From Thermoanaerobaculia bacterium (GTDB taxonomy: Bacteria; Acidobacteriota; Thermoanaerobaculia; Multivoradales; JAHEKO01), in assembly GCA_046756565.1 (NCBI GenBank), contig JBHHWO010000002.1, positions 1,141 through 65,140 of the forward strand: DNA of 64,000 bases. The letters run 5' to 3'. The translations under genes were made by a program, and so were the position numbers. Position 1 is the first letter of the stretch. Every line of letters begins with the position of its first letter. This document shows, piece after piece, positions 29,860 to 40,324 of the stretch. The notes under the pieces are model-generated. The model was not told where the DNA came from, ran no database searches, and worked only from the letters and a program-made list of their open reading frames with translations.

Positions 29860-31029
29860 CTATCGAGATTGAGACGCTCCCTCGTCGTTCGACGGAGAGT
29901 CCTTCTGGTCCGAAGAGATATAGCTGTCTTCAGCGGTCGTATTGACGAGCTCGTAGCGAGCGACGCGGTAGTTGAGGTAGTCGGCGATGTAGATGCGGTT
30001 CTGCCGGTCGATCGCAATTCCGGTCGGGTTCTTCAGAAGTCCGGGGTGAACTCCGCGCCCCCCGAAGAAAAGCAGCACCTGTCCCTTTTGATTGAAGATC
30101 TGAACGTTTGACCATCCGGAATCGACGACATATACGTTGCCGAAGCCGTCGATAGCGACCCCCTTGGGCTTGTCGAACATGCCGAATGCCGTTCCCCGCT
30201 CACCGAAGTACTTGAGGTAGTTGCCGTCCACGTCGAAGACGTCGACTCGGGACTTCAGGGTGCTGGTGACATAGAGGTTGCCGTCGGAATCTACGGCGAC
30301 GTAAGTCGGGAAGAACAGGCACCCGTCACAAATCCCCTTCTTTCCCACAGTGCGCAGCAGTCGGCCCTCGAGATCGAATACCTTTACCGAGTGATCCTCG
30401 GATGCCTTGGTCGCCGGATCCGCGACGTAGAGGAGGCCGCGCGTGCGATCGAGCTCGATGTCGGCGGGCCGCACTAGCGAAGGGTGCTTGATGATCCGGA
30501 TGGGTTCGTGCTGGCGGTCGAGCACCACGATCCGTCGATTGCCCTGTTCGACGACATAGAGATTCTCTTGCTCGTCCAGGGCCAGTCCAAAAGGACGGCT
30601 GAACGGCCGTGTGTCGCCGATCAAGGAGACCCGCTTGGTATCGAAGTCGAAAAGGAAGACCACGGCTTGACCGAAGTCGGAGACATAGAACCGCTTGCCG
30701 TCGTCAGACACCGCGACATCCATGGGCTGGTAAACGTGGGATTTCGGCGGCGTGGTTCCGGCGAAAAACTCCATGAACAGCTCACGCCGGGTGGGCTTGC
30801 GCCCGAGATGCTTCTCGTCGGCATACGACTGCAGAAACCTGATCCTGGGCTCCTGGGGAGGCTCGGGCCAAACCAGCTCGATCAACTCCGGTTCAACCAC
30901 CTTGGCCTTTCTGTTCTTGTTCCTCTTCTTGCCCTTCGCATCCGCCGTTTCGACACCTGCAATCAAAGTCGCGACGGCAACCAGCAAGACGAGCCAACGC
31001 CGGCCGAGATAGGTAGATTCCTTGATCAT
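29860..31029 (-). CDS. NHL-repeat six-bladed beta-propeller protein, secreted
   Basis: Signal peptide LVLLVAVATLIAGVETADA. Blades FYVSDFGQAVVFLFD, LYVVEQGNRRIVVLD, LYVADPATKASEDHSVKVFD, LYVTSTLKSRVDVFD, VYVVDSGWSNVQIFN, IYIADYLNYRVARYE. Confidence 0.85.
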   Translation of the reverse strand: MIKESTYLGRRWLVLLVAVATLIAGVETADAKGKKRNKNRKAKVVEPELIELVWPEPPQEPRIRFLQSYADEKHLGRKPTRRELFMEFFAGTTPPKSHVYQPMDVAVSDDGKRFYVSDFGQAVVFLFDFDTKRVSLIGDTRPFSRPFGLALDEQENLYVVEQGNRRIVVLDRQHEPIRIIKHPSLVRPADIELDRTRGLLYVADPATKASEDHSVKVFDLEGRLLRTVGKKGICDGCLFFPTYVAVDSDGNLYVTSTLKSRVDVFDVDGNYLKYFGERGTAFGMFDKPKGVAIDGFGNVYVVDSGWSNVQIFNQKGQVLLFFGGRGVHPGLLKNPTGIAIDRQNRIYIADYLNYRVARYELVNTTAEDSYISSDQKDSPSNDEGASQSR

Positions 31030-31079
31030 GCCAAGTGACGCTTCGCGCAGTGACGGTTGTTACGACATCAGCCGGAAGA

Positions 31080-31094
31080 GCAAAGCGAGTGCCA
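31080..31094 (-). promoter_or_regulatory. Sigma-54 (-24/-12) promoter TGGCAC-TCGCT-TTGC(T)
   Basis: Plus strand reads gcaaagcgagtgcca. Reverse complement is TGGCACTCGCTTTGC with exact spacing, about 50 nt upstream of the NHL gene start (31029). Confidence 0.65.
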
Positions 31095-31237
31095 CGAAGA
31101 CCGGTGGCGATCGACTTGCCGAGAAACCCCCCAAAGGGGTGGGGCAGAACCGTCCGACCGAACCGGAAGAAGCGGCCGTCAACCGGGCGACGGGAGTGCT
31201 ATTCGAATCGAGTGCGGGGCCTGGTCACAGAAGGAGC

Positions 31238-32684
<1,447 letters not shown>

Positions 32685-32692
<8 letters not shown>

Positions 32693-34481
32693 CCAAGCGA
32701 TCCTTGTGCTCCGGTAATCGAATCTCGAAACTCGCTCCACCGGAGTCGTTGTTGGTTGCGCGAATCTCTCCACCAAAAGACTCGACAATGCGCTTCGACA
32801 CGGCGAGCCCGAGCCCAGTGCCTCGGCCGATCTCTTTGGTGGTAAAGAACGGCTCGAACAGCCGCTCCGAGTCGCCTTTCGGCAAGCCGGTGCCAGTGTC
32901 TGTGATTCTGAGAATCAGGTCCGCCTCTGTCCCATTGTGCTGGCAAGTCGTCTGAATCTTCAGACTTCCGCCTTTTGGCATGGCATCGATCGCGTTATTG
33001 ATCAGATTCAGGATCAGCTGGAGAGCGTCGTTCGGGTCGCCGACAGAGACGCACGGCCGCGCGTCGAAGTCGGTCTCGAGGTTGACCGAGGCATGCTTCA
33101 TTCTCGGCTGCGTGAGTAGAATGGCCTCGTCGAGAATCAGCTTCAAATCCACCGGCAGCCGGATTCCTTCGGGCTTGCGCGAAAAGCTCAAAAGGCTGCG
33201 CACCGACTGATCGATGCGGCGGCATTGGCGTTCCATCATCTCGAGGTCGTCTCGAAGCTCCCGCGGAACGTCCCGGTCGTTGCTGAATTCCCGTCGGTGA
33301 GTAATCGTCGTCAGCAGGATTCCCACCGGATTGTTGATCTGGTGCGCGATTCCTGCGGCGAGTTGTCCGACGACGGCCATCTTGTCGGCCTGGCGGAGCT
33401 GCTCTTCGACTTCCTTGCTCTCAGTGACATCCAGGATGAGCTGGAGAAAGTGGTCGGCTTCACCGACCGCGTCGTTCGTGCTTTCAGGAGTCGTGATTAT
33501 CTGAAAGGTCCGGCGTTCGCCGTCCAACCCAGTGGCGACGTGTTCGCAATGTACGGGACCGGTAGATTTCCCGGCGCTTGCCTCGAACGGGCAGTCGACG
33601 CAGGTCACGCAGTCGCGGCAGAAACGTTCTGGAGCACTGGCGCCGACAAGACCATCTTCGCCTCCGAACCAGCACTCGGCCATCTCGTTGGCCCAGAGAA
33701 TGCGACCTTGCGAATCGGCCAGGATCAGACCGGCTCCGACCGCGTTTACGATTCGCTCGAGCTTGCTTTTCTCGACAACCAGCTCGTCGGCTGAGCGCCG
33801 CAGCTCGTTCTCTAGCCTGCGCTGGGTTCGGTTGATCCGGCGGACCACGCCGACCATCGCGACGTATAGAAGCGCTCCAAGGCCGAGTGAGGCGCTCCAG
33901 ACGAGCACAGCGGCCTGTCGAATCTGCTTGAAGAGCTTCCTGGGATAGCGATAGATCTCGACGACCCCGACCACTGAACCTTGCTCGAAGATCGGGATGT
34001 ACGACTCCATGATCTTCTCGAACCTGCCTCGCTCGAAGAGGTGCTCCGTGCGTTCCGGAGTCTCGATGACGCTCTCGACCCTCCCTGAAAGAGAACGCGC
34101 GAGATGCATGTTGTCGGGAAAACGAACGCCGAGCAGCTCCGGCTCGTCCGACCAGATGATTCGGCCCTCCAGGTTGTACACCTTGATCCTGAAGACCTCG
34201 TCCAGTGCAAGTGCCTTCAAGAAGCGGTTTCCCAGTCGCGGATCGCGGATCGCGTCCTTCACCTGAAAGAACCCGGTCCCGAACTCGGTGGCGATCACGT
34301 GGCGAACGAACGCGGCGGTCTGCCCTTGATCGTTGCTCTCCACTGCACGATGGATCGTTTTCTCGAGCAGCCAACCGAACAAGACCGCGCAGCCGAGTAC
34401 AGACACGAGAGCCGTAACCGCGAAGCGCTGGGCGTGATCCAATCGCCGATAGCGAGCGATGAGAGAAGGCCGGTCAGTCAA
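32685..34481 (-). CDS. Sensor histidine kinase (2 TM, extracytoplasmic domain, Cys-rich PAS, HisKA, HATPase_c)
   Basis: TM helices near aa 22-40 and 192-212. PAS-like KLERIVNAVGAGLILADSQGRILWAN with FCRDCVTCVDCP...HCEH. H-box AAGIAHQINNP. N/G boxes LINNAIDAM, TDTGTGL, GTGLGL. Confidence 0.9.
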
Positions 34482-34602
34482 GACGAATCCATTCCGTGTG
34501 GAAAGGCACGGCGCGTCGAACGCGCTAGGTCTTGGAAGATCTCGGGCAAGTCGAGACGCCCAGCAAAGAGTAGAACGGACAGACCCGATTACCTGTCTCT
34601 TC

Positions 34603-35376
34603 CTAGCCGTCCGGAGACTGCGGGAGGGCGCGTTCGAACTCTACAGCCGTTTCGGTGTTCGGTAAAACGGTCACCTCCTTCGACGCCTCTCCCAGGGCCT
34701 CGTGCCAGAACTCCAAGATGTACGATCCTGCCGGTACGTCATCGAGGCGGAACGATCCGTCGTGACCCGTTACCGCGTAATAGGGATGTCTCTGAATGAT
34801 GGCGTAGGCTTCCATCCAGCCGTGTATGTCGCAGATGAGCCTCACGGCCTTGGGCTCGGAAATCTGACGGGCGAAATTCTCGACCAGCATCTGTTCGACG
34901 AAACGCGGTTGGCCGACGTTGAAGACCGAGTCCTTAGAGTGCGATCGCACAATGTGGAGAACGCGGTCAGTGTTCGTGATATGAAGATCTTCACCTTCCG
35001 GAATCAAGAGAATATGGGGGTCGAACCGGCAGTCGGCCTGGCGTAGGTGGTACTCCTTTTCGGGCCATGGCCTGCCGCTCGGGATCTCGCGCAGGTTGAT
35101 GACCGCGTTCTGAACGCCGCCGCTCTCGTCGACCAGCAGCGCGCGCGAGAATCGATCTTCGGTACCGCAGGTCTCGGGATCGGTGCCAACCAACAGTTTC
35201 GCGGGCGGACCAAGCGTCCCGACGAAGCGAGCTGTGCCGACAATACTGCCGCCGTCGGCTACCTCCAGTTCCTCGTAGCCGCCAGCCCCGGCAAGTGCCG
35301 CCGGCAAACCGGTCAGAATGACGGCAAGATCGACCATCACACGCGCGAAACACGGCGTTCTTGTCTTACAGCTCAC
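34603..35376 (-). CDS. Cupredoxin-like + CarboxypepD_reg-like protein, paralogue of 28192-28899
   Basis: ITNTDRVLHIVRSH ... ICDIHGWM ... TGHDGSFRLDDVPAGSYILEFWHEALG is collinear with the 28192-28899 product. Start uncertain (35376 or ATG 35337). Confidence 0.7.
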   Translation of the reverse strand: MSCKTRTPCFARVMVDLAVILTGLPAALAGAGGYEELEVADGGSIVGTARFVGTLGPPAKLLVGTDPETCGTEDRFSRALLVDESGGVQNAVINLREIPSGRPWPEKEYHLRQADCRFDPHILLIPEGEDLHITNTDRVLHIVRSHSKDSVFNVGQPRFVEQMLVENFARQISEPKAVRLICDIHGWMEAYAIIQRHPYYAVTGHDGSFRLDDVPAGSYILEFWHEALGEASKEVTVLPNTETAVEFERALPQSPDG

Positions 35377-35414
35377 GCAACCCTTAATCTTAGAAACACA
35401 GTCGGTTCTCGTCT

Positions 35415-35427
35415 GTGACTAAGTCAC
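35415..35427. promoter_or_regulatory. Perfect palindrome GTGAC-TAA-GTCAC in a divergent intergenic region (candidate Crp/Fnr-family operator)
   Basis: Read directly: tcTGTGACTAAGTCACcg. It lies between the cupredoxin-2 gene and the Crp/Fnr gene. The half-site TGTGA resembles CRP-type sites, but the spacer is one nt short. Confidence 0.3.
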
Positions 35428-35491
35428 CGGAGCTAGAATCCGGTCCGACCTCTTGTTCGTGCTACCGAGTGACACTTCGCAGGGAGATGTG

Positions 35492-36169
35492 ATGCAGGCA
35501 AACGAGATCCTGGAGCGGTTCGAATTCTACCGGAATGCGCCGGAGGCTCTTCACCACGAGATTCTCGAGTCGGCCGAGCTAGTGACATTGCCGGTCGGTT
35601 TTCATCCATTTCAGGAAGGAAGCGGGTGTCCTGGCGTTGCTTTCGTCGGCGCCGGTGACGTCCGTGTCTTCAAAGTCAGCAGAGAGGGGCGCGAAATTAC
35701 TCTCTATCATGTCGGTCCGGGGGAGACCTGCCTTCTGACCTTGAACGCCGCCCTGGGCAACAGCTCCTATCCGGCATCCGCGGTCGTCGAGGCCCCCGTA
35801 GAGGCCGTGGCCGTGCCGGCGGACAGCTTTCGCGCCTGGGTCCGACGAGACGATTCGATGCGCGTCTTTGTCTTCGAGCAGATGGCCTACCGGATCTCGA
35901 ACCTCATGGTCCTCATTCATGACGTCGTCTTCCGGCGTATGGATCGACGGGTCGCCGAGTTTCTCCTGTCTCGACAAGCGGAGCAGGAGCCAGATGTCCC
36001 TGTTGAAGTGACCCACAACGCGATCGCTACGGAGATGGGATCCGCTCGAGAGGTCGTCAGTCGGGTGCTCAAAGAGCTCGAGCGCGAGGGGGCTGTAGCG
36101 CTCGGGCGCGGGCACATCGAGATCGTGGATCAGAGTCTTCTTCACCGGTTGGCGAAGCCTCAGGCCTAA
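35492..36169 (+). CDS. Crp/Fnr-family transcriptional regulator
   Basis: ATG at 35492 after GGGAGA. cNMP-binding-like fold (FQEGSGCPGVAFVGAGDVRVFKVSREGREITLYHVGPGE). C-terminal HTH THNAIATEMGSAREVVSRVLKELEREG. No N-terminal FNR Cys cluster. Confidence 0.85.
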   Translation: MQANEILERFEFYRNAPEALHHEILESAELVTLPVGFHPFQEGSGCPGVAFVGAGDVRVFKVSREGREITLYHVGPGETCLLTLNAALGNSSYPASAVVEAPVEAVAVPADSFRAWVRRDDSMRVFVFEQMAYRISNLMVLIHDVVFRRMDRRVAEFLLSRQAEQEPDVPVEVTHNAIATEMGSAREVVSRVLKELEREGAVALGRGHIEIVDQSLLHRLAKPQA

Positions 36170-36216
36170 GAAGAGCTGAAGACGAGGGATACCACCTGCC
36201 CCGGAGGCAAGCCAGG

Positions 36217-37296
36217 TCATTCAAGGCGATAACGTGCAACTCCGTCGCCGTGAAGAGTCCCCAGGTAGAGAAATCCCTCGTGCTCCTCCGCGGACGTCGT
36301 CTGGGAAAGGATCTCGCCCGTCGGGTCTTGGAGTGTGCGCAGGATGACTCCTGTCTCGTCGAGCGCCAGGACCGCGCCGTAGGGCTCGGCTTTGGGCCAC
36401 AGGGCCTGTGGAAGAGTGGACAGGAGCGCCTTGGCCCACGGATAGGGATGAAGGCTGTCCACCAGCGGCTTCCTCGGGGCATACAGAGCGACCCAGAAGA
36501 GTCCTCTTCGGTTCGAGGAAACGCCGTCCGGAAAACCGGGCAGATTCGCGATGAAGACATCGGAAGACCCGGCCCGCGGTCCCTCGAGCCAATGGCGGGT
36601 AATCCGATATCGGAACGTCTCGACGACCAGAACATAGTCCTCGTTAGACGATAGGGCGACTCCGTTGGCGAAATAGAGGCCGTCGAGGATTACGTCGGTG
36701 CGGCCGGTTTCCGGGTCGTGGCGCAGCAGCCGCCCATGAGGCTTCGCTTCCAACAGGTCATGGAGAGTGTTGCCAAGATCGTACTTGAAGCTCGCATCGG
36801 AGAAATAGACCGTGCCGTCGGAGGCGATGTCCACGTCGTCGGCGAGCCCGAACGGGACGCCCTCGGCTTGCGTGGCCAGAGTACTCGCGTGGCCAGTCGA
36901 ATCGATGGAGAGGAGCCCCTTCCAGGCGTCACAGACCAACAGGTTGCCTCGAGCGTCGAAATGCAGTCCGAGCGGACGCCCGCCGGTTTGGGCAAAGGTC
37001 TCGACGTTCTTCTCCCCGCCCGGCAACAGGGTGACCCGCACGATCCGGCCGTCGTCGGTGCCTGCATAGACTCGGCCCTCGGCATCCACGGCCACGTCCT
37101 CGGGCCCGGGAACCTGCCCTGGAGCCAGAACCTCCACGTCGGCCAACTCGGAGCTGACTGCGAGGGCGCGGACGAGACTCCGAACCGGCGGGGGGCGCCA
37201 CGCTGCCGGGCTGATCGGCGCTCCACGAACCCGCAGCGCGAGCAACGACGCAACGGCCAGGAGAATCCCAAGAAGGATCCAGGCGAGTCTTTTCAT
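36217..37296 (-). CDS. Strictosidine-synthase-like / SMP-30 gluconolactonase-LRE-type six-bladed propeller
   Basis: Signal anchor AWILLGILLAVASLLAL. GPEDVAVDAEGRVYAG, GRPLGLHFDARGNLLVCDA, FGLADDVDIASDGTVYFSDAS, LYFANGVALS. Confidence 0.8.
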   Translation of the reverse strand: MKRLAWILLGILLAVASLLALRVRGAPISPAAWRPPPVRSLVRALAVSSELADVEVLAPGQVPGPEDVAVDAEGRVYAGTDDGRIVRVTLLPGGEKNVETFAQTGGRPLGLHFDARGNLLVCDAWKGLLSIDSTGHASTLATQAEGVPFGLADDVDIASDGTVYFSDASFKYDLGNTLHDLLEAKPHGRLLRHDPETGRTDVILDGLYFANGVALSSNEDYVLVVETFRYRITRHWLEGPRAGSSDVFIANLPGFPDGVSSNRRGLFWVALYAPRKPLVDSLHPYPWAKALLSTLPQALWPKAEPYGAVLALDETGVILRTLQDPTGEILSQTTSAEEHEGFLYLGTLHGDGVARYRLE

Positions 37297-39734
37297 CCGG
37301 ACCTCGGCCTGCGGAGTGCCGTCAGGTCCTCCCAGGTGTCTCCCAGCCCCATCGTCTCGAGGATCGACCGGTATTCAGGATAGGAGTGCAGCGCGTCGAG
37401 AAACGGACTCACGATTTGAATGAGGTAGGGATCGCGCTGCTGAACGCTACGCTCCAGCCACCGGAAGGCCCCCTCCGGGTCTTCGAGACCAACGTGCAGC
37501 ACGGCGTAGAGGAAGGGCGCGACGTACGCGCCGGACCGGGCTTGCTCCTCGAGCTCATGGAGCATTCTCGACGCGTCGTCTTTTCTTCCAGCGGCTCCGA
37601 AGTGGTAGCCGAGCAGAGCCACGGCGAAAGGAGAGCGACCGACCAGCTCAATCCCTCGTTCGAGCGAAGCGATGGCGTCATCGTACCTGCCGCCCTGCCG
37701 GTAGGCTCGAGCCAGGTACGCGTAGTACTGTCCGAATCCCGGGTCCTGCGCAACGAGTTTCTCGAACCCCGCGATGGCTGCAGAGGAGTCGCCAGTGAAC
37801 AGCGCATCGGCCGGCACTTGCAGCCTCATGATTCGCGAAAGCGGGTCCAGTTCTTGAGCCCGCTTGGACAACTCCGCCATCTCGTCGTAGCGACCTCTCA
37901 TGCGCAGCGTCTGCTTGTACCACTGATATGCAGTAGCGTAGCTGGGGTTGAGCTCGATCGCCCTTTGAAACTCGGTCTCGGCTTCCTCCCAGTTCCACTC
38001 GAAGTTCTGGTTGATCAAGCCAAGCGTGGCATGTGGCTCCGCCAGCTCCGGGTCCAACCGCAGGGCTTCTCGGGCGGCCTTCCTTGCCAGTGGGTAGGCC
38101 CTGCCGGGTGCGAGGAGATCGTAGCCCGGGTAGCCCATGATCACGTACGCGTCGGCCAGGCCGGCGTGCGCCTCGGCAAGCGAGGGGGCGATCTCGATTG
38201 CCTGCTGGAAGTAATCCACGCTCTGCTCGAGACTTTGGGGATCTCGGCGTTGCCAGAGAGAACGACCCCGGAGATAGAGCTTGTAGGCCTCTCCGTCGAC
38301 CTGCCGAGCTGGCCCCAGGAGCGCCTCGCTCTCGGCGCCAAGCTGGACCTCGATCTCCTCGGCAACGTCCCGCGCCACGTCCCTCTGAAGGACCAGGACG
38401 TCGGTGAGCGCTCGCAGGTAATCCTGGGCCCAGAGCACTCGGTCCTCGACGGAGTCGATGAGCTGGACTCGGATGTCGACGTCACCGTCGGCTTCGAGAA
38501 CCGAGCCCGTCACCAGGTACCTTGCGCCCAACTCGCGCCCGATGCGTTCCGCCCGCTCTTCCGTGCCGTTGTAGATCATTGAGGAGGTCGGTGAAGTGAC
38601 CTTGAGCTCTCTGATTCTGGCCAGGTTGGTGATCAGCGCCACTGTCAGGCCGTTGCTGAAGTAGTCGTGATCCGGATTAGCCGATTGGTTGTTGAGTCGA
38701 AGGACAGCTATTGCGGGCGGCTCCCCGGCGATCGCCGGCGGCTCTGGTGCTCTTGGCTGGCCATTCTGGAAGACACCCCAGTAGAGGAGTCCGACAGCTA
38801 GAGCCGTGGCCGCGGCCAGACCTGCCATCCGGCTCATTCTCGGCCTCGCCGGGGCACCCGGCAACGAAACCGTCTCCGCCGCCTGGTCCTGCGCCTCGGA
38901 TCCGAGGCTTTCGAGCCGCGTATGAAGCTCTCTCGCGGATTGCGGTCTGTGTGCCCGATCTTTGCGAAGACAGTCCCCCACGATTCGGTCCAGGAGAGGG
39001 TGCAAATCTGGCCGAAGCTCTGAAATCGGCTCCGGCGTCGCTCGCAGGATTCGCGCCACGAGCTCAGCCGGCGACTGTCCCTGAAACGGCCGCTTGCCGG
39101 TGGCCATTTCGTACAGGACTGCGCCAGCCGAGAAAAGATCGCTCCGATGATCCACCGACTCTCCCTTCGCCTGCTCCGGGGACATGTACGGGACGGTACC
39201 GAGCACCGTTCCGTGCCTGGTCATTTCGCTCAAAGTCCGAGACACCTGGGTGGGAGTCTCGACCGGTCGCATCTTGGCCAGTCCGAAATCGAGGATCTTG
39301 AGTTGCCCCCTGCGAGTCACCATGAGGTTTGCGGGCTTCAGGTCCCGGTGGGTGATCCCCCTCTCGTGAGCCGTAGCCAGAGCGTCGCAGAGTGGCAGAG
39401 CCAGCTCGAGAAAGCGCCCGAGTGAGAGTCCGCCCTCGCTGATCACCTTGTCCAGGGTTTTTCCTTCCACGTGCTCCATCGTCAGAAAGTTGATCCCATC
39501 ACCCTCCTCGACCGAGTGGATCGTCACGATGTTGGGATGGTTCAGAGCAGCCAACACCTCAGCTTCGCGCCGAAATCTCGCGAGTCGATCACCAGCCTCT
39601 GCAAGCTCGGTCGGCAGCACCTTGAGTGCGACCTGTCGCTTGAGCCTCAGGTCCCTGGCCAGATAGACGCTCCCCATGCCCCCGGCACCGAGCTCGCCGA
39701 GAATCTCGTAGTGGGCGATAGTGCGGCCAATCAT
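37293..39734 (-). CDS. Ser/Thr protein kinase with TM, TolB-N-like periplasmic module and TPR repeats
   Basis: GAGGMGSVYLARD, HRDLKPANLM, DFGLAK, SPEQ. One TM helix. IAVLRLNNQSANPDHDYFSNGLTVALITNL. Multiple TPR units. Confidence 0.9.
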   Translation of the reverse strand: MIGRTIAHYEILGELGAGGMGSVYLARDLRLKRQVALKVLPTELAEAGDRLARFRREAEVLAALNHPNIVTIHSVEEGDGINFLTMEHVEGKTLDKVISEGGLSLGRFLELALPLCDALATAHERGITHRDLKPANLMVTRRGQLKILDFGLAKMRPVETPTQVSRTLSEMTRHGTVLGTVPYMSPEQAKGESVDHRSDLFSAGAVLYEMATGKRPFQGQSPAELVARILRATPEPISELRPDLHPLLDRIVGDCLRKDRAHRPQSARELHTRLESLGSEAQDQAAETVSLPGAPARPRMSRMAGLAAATALAVGLLYWGVFQNGQPRAPEPPAIAGEPPAIAVLRLNNQSANPDHDYFSNGLTVALITNLARIRELKVTSPTSSMIYNGTEERAERIGRELGARYLVTGSVLEADGDVDIRVQLIDSVEDRVLWAQDYLRALTDVLVLQRDVARDVAEEIEVQLGAESEALLGPARQVDGEAYKLYLRGRSLWQRRDPQSLEQSVDYFQQAIEIAPSLAEAHAGLADAYVIMGYPGYDLLAPGRAYPLARKAAREALRLDPELAEPHATLGLINQNFEWNWEEAETEFQRAIELNPSYATAYQWYKQTLRMRGRYDEMAELSKRAQELDPLSRIMRLQVPADALFTGDSSAAIAGFEKLVAQDPGFGQYYAYLARAYRQGGRYDDAIASLERGIELVGRSPFAVALLGYHFGAAGRKDDASRMLHELEEQARSGAYVAPFLYAVLHVGLEDPEGAFRWLERSVQQRDPYLIQIVSPFLDALHSYPEYRSILETMGLGDTWEDLTALRRPRSG

Positions 39735-39919
39735 CGTGGCGTACGCGGACGATTGCCTTCGATTCTAGACTCTCGCGATAGCATCCCGGTAGCCGCATTC
39801 GTACACATGGCCACTCGGCCCATCCGCCTTCCGGCTCGACTCGATGCACGATGATCTTCAGCGACGCGTGCCCGTTCAGACCTCGCTGGCCGGCGACTCG
39901 CCTTGTGGAGCGTTTCTGC

Positions 39920-40174
39920 CTAGAAGCTGTAGATGGCCGATAGCGAGATCGTGTCCACCGTATCGGCGAGGTCGACCCCGACGTCGATCTGGAAGCTTTC
40001 GAAGGCCAGGCCGAATCCAAGCGCGAAGTGCACCTGGTCGTCTCCGGGTTGTTCCAGAGCGCGGATGAAGAGGTCATCGCTGGTGTCATGGACCTGGTGA
40101 TCGGGATCCAGCCACGCCCCGACCCGCACGGCGACAATCGGTGTAGGGCGAACGCCGCCTTCCCCATCCCCCAT
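39920..40174 (-). other. 84-codon ORF resembling the C-terminal strands of a small OM beta-barrel (possible gene remnant)
   Basis: GAGGAGG sits 8 nt before the ATG. Ends ...HFALGFGLAFESFQIDVGVDLADTVDTISLSAIYSF (terminal Phe). No signal peptide in frame. A signal-peptide-like MRFTRLRTYPLGCCGGLPAPTC lies upstream in another frame (40268). Confidence 0.3.
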
Positions 40175-40324
40175 CGAGCCACCTCCTCTCGGGACGCTGC
40201 AAGCATGTGGGCGCTGGCAACCCGCCGCAACACCCGAGGGGGTAGGTCCGCAGCCGAGTGAACCTCATTCGCGCCTATCCAGAGAAGCGCATAACACGGG
40301 GAAACGGGATCAGGAACAGGGAGG

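Noticed and set aside
29823-30017. 65-codon extension of the tetrahaem ORF into the NHL gene
   Set aside because: It overlaps the NHL gene's 3' end. The ATG at 29822 has a GGGAGGA ribosome-binding site and gives a signal peptide.
40298-40314. GGGGAAACGGGATCAGG, resembling both conserved blocks of the 46-nt motif
   Set aside because: The two blocks abut without the ~17-nt spacer and the flanks do not align. It is probably chance similarity or a collapsed relic, not a functional third copy.
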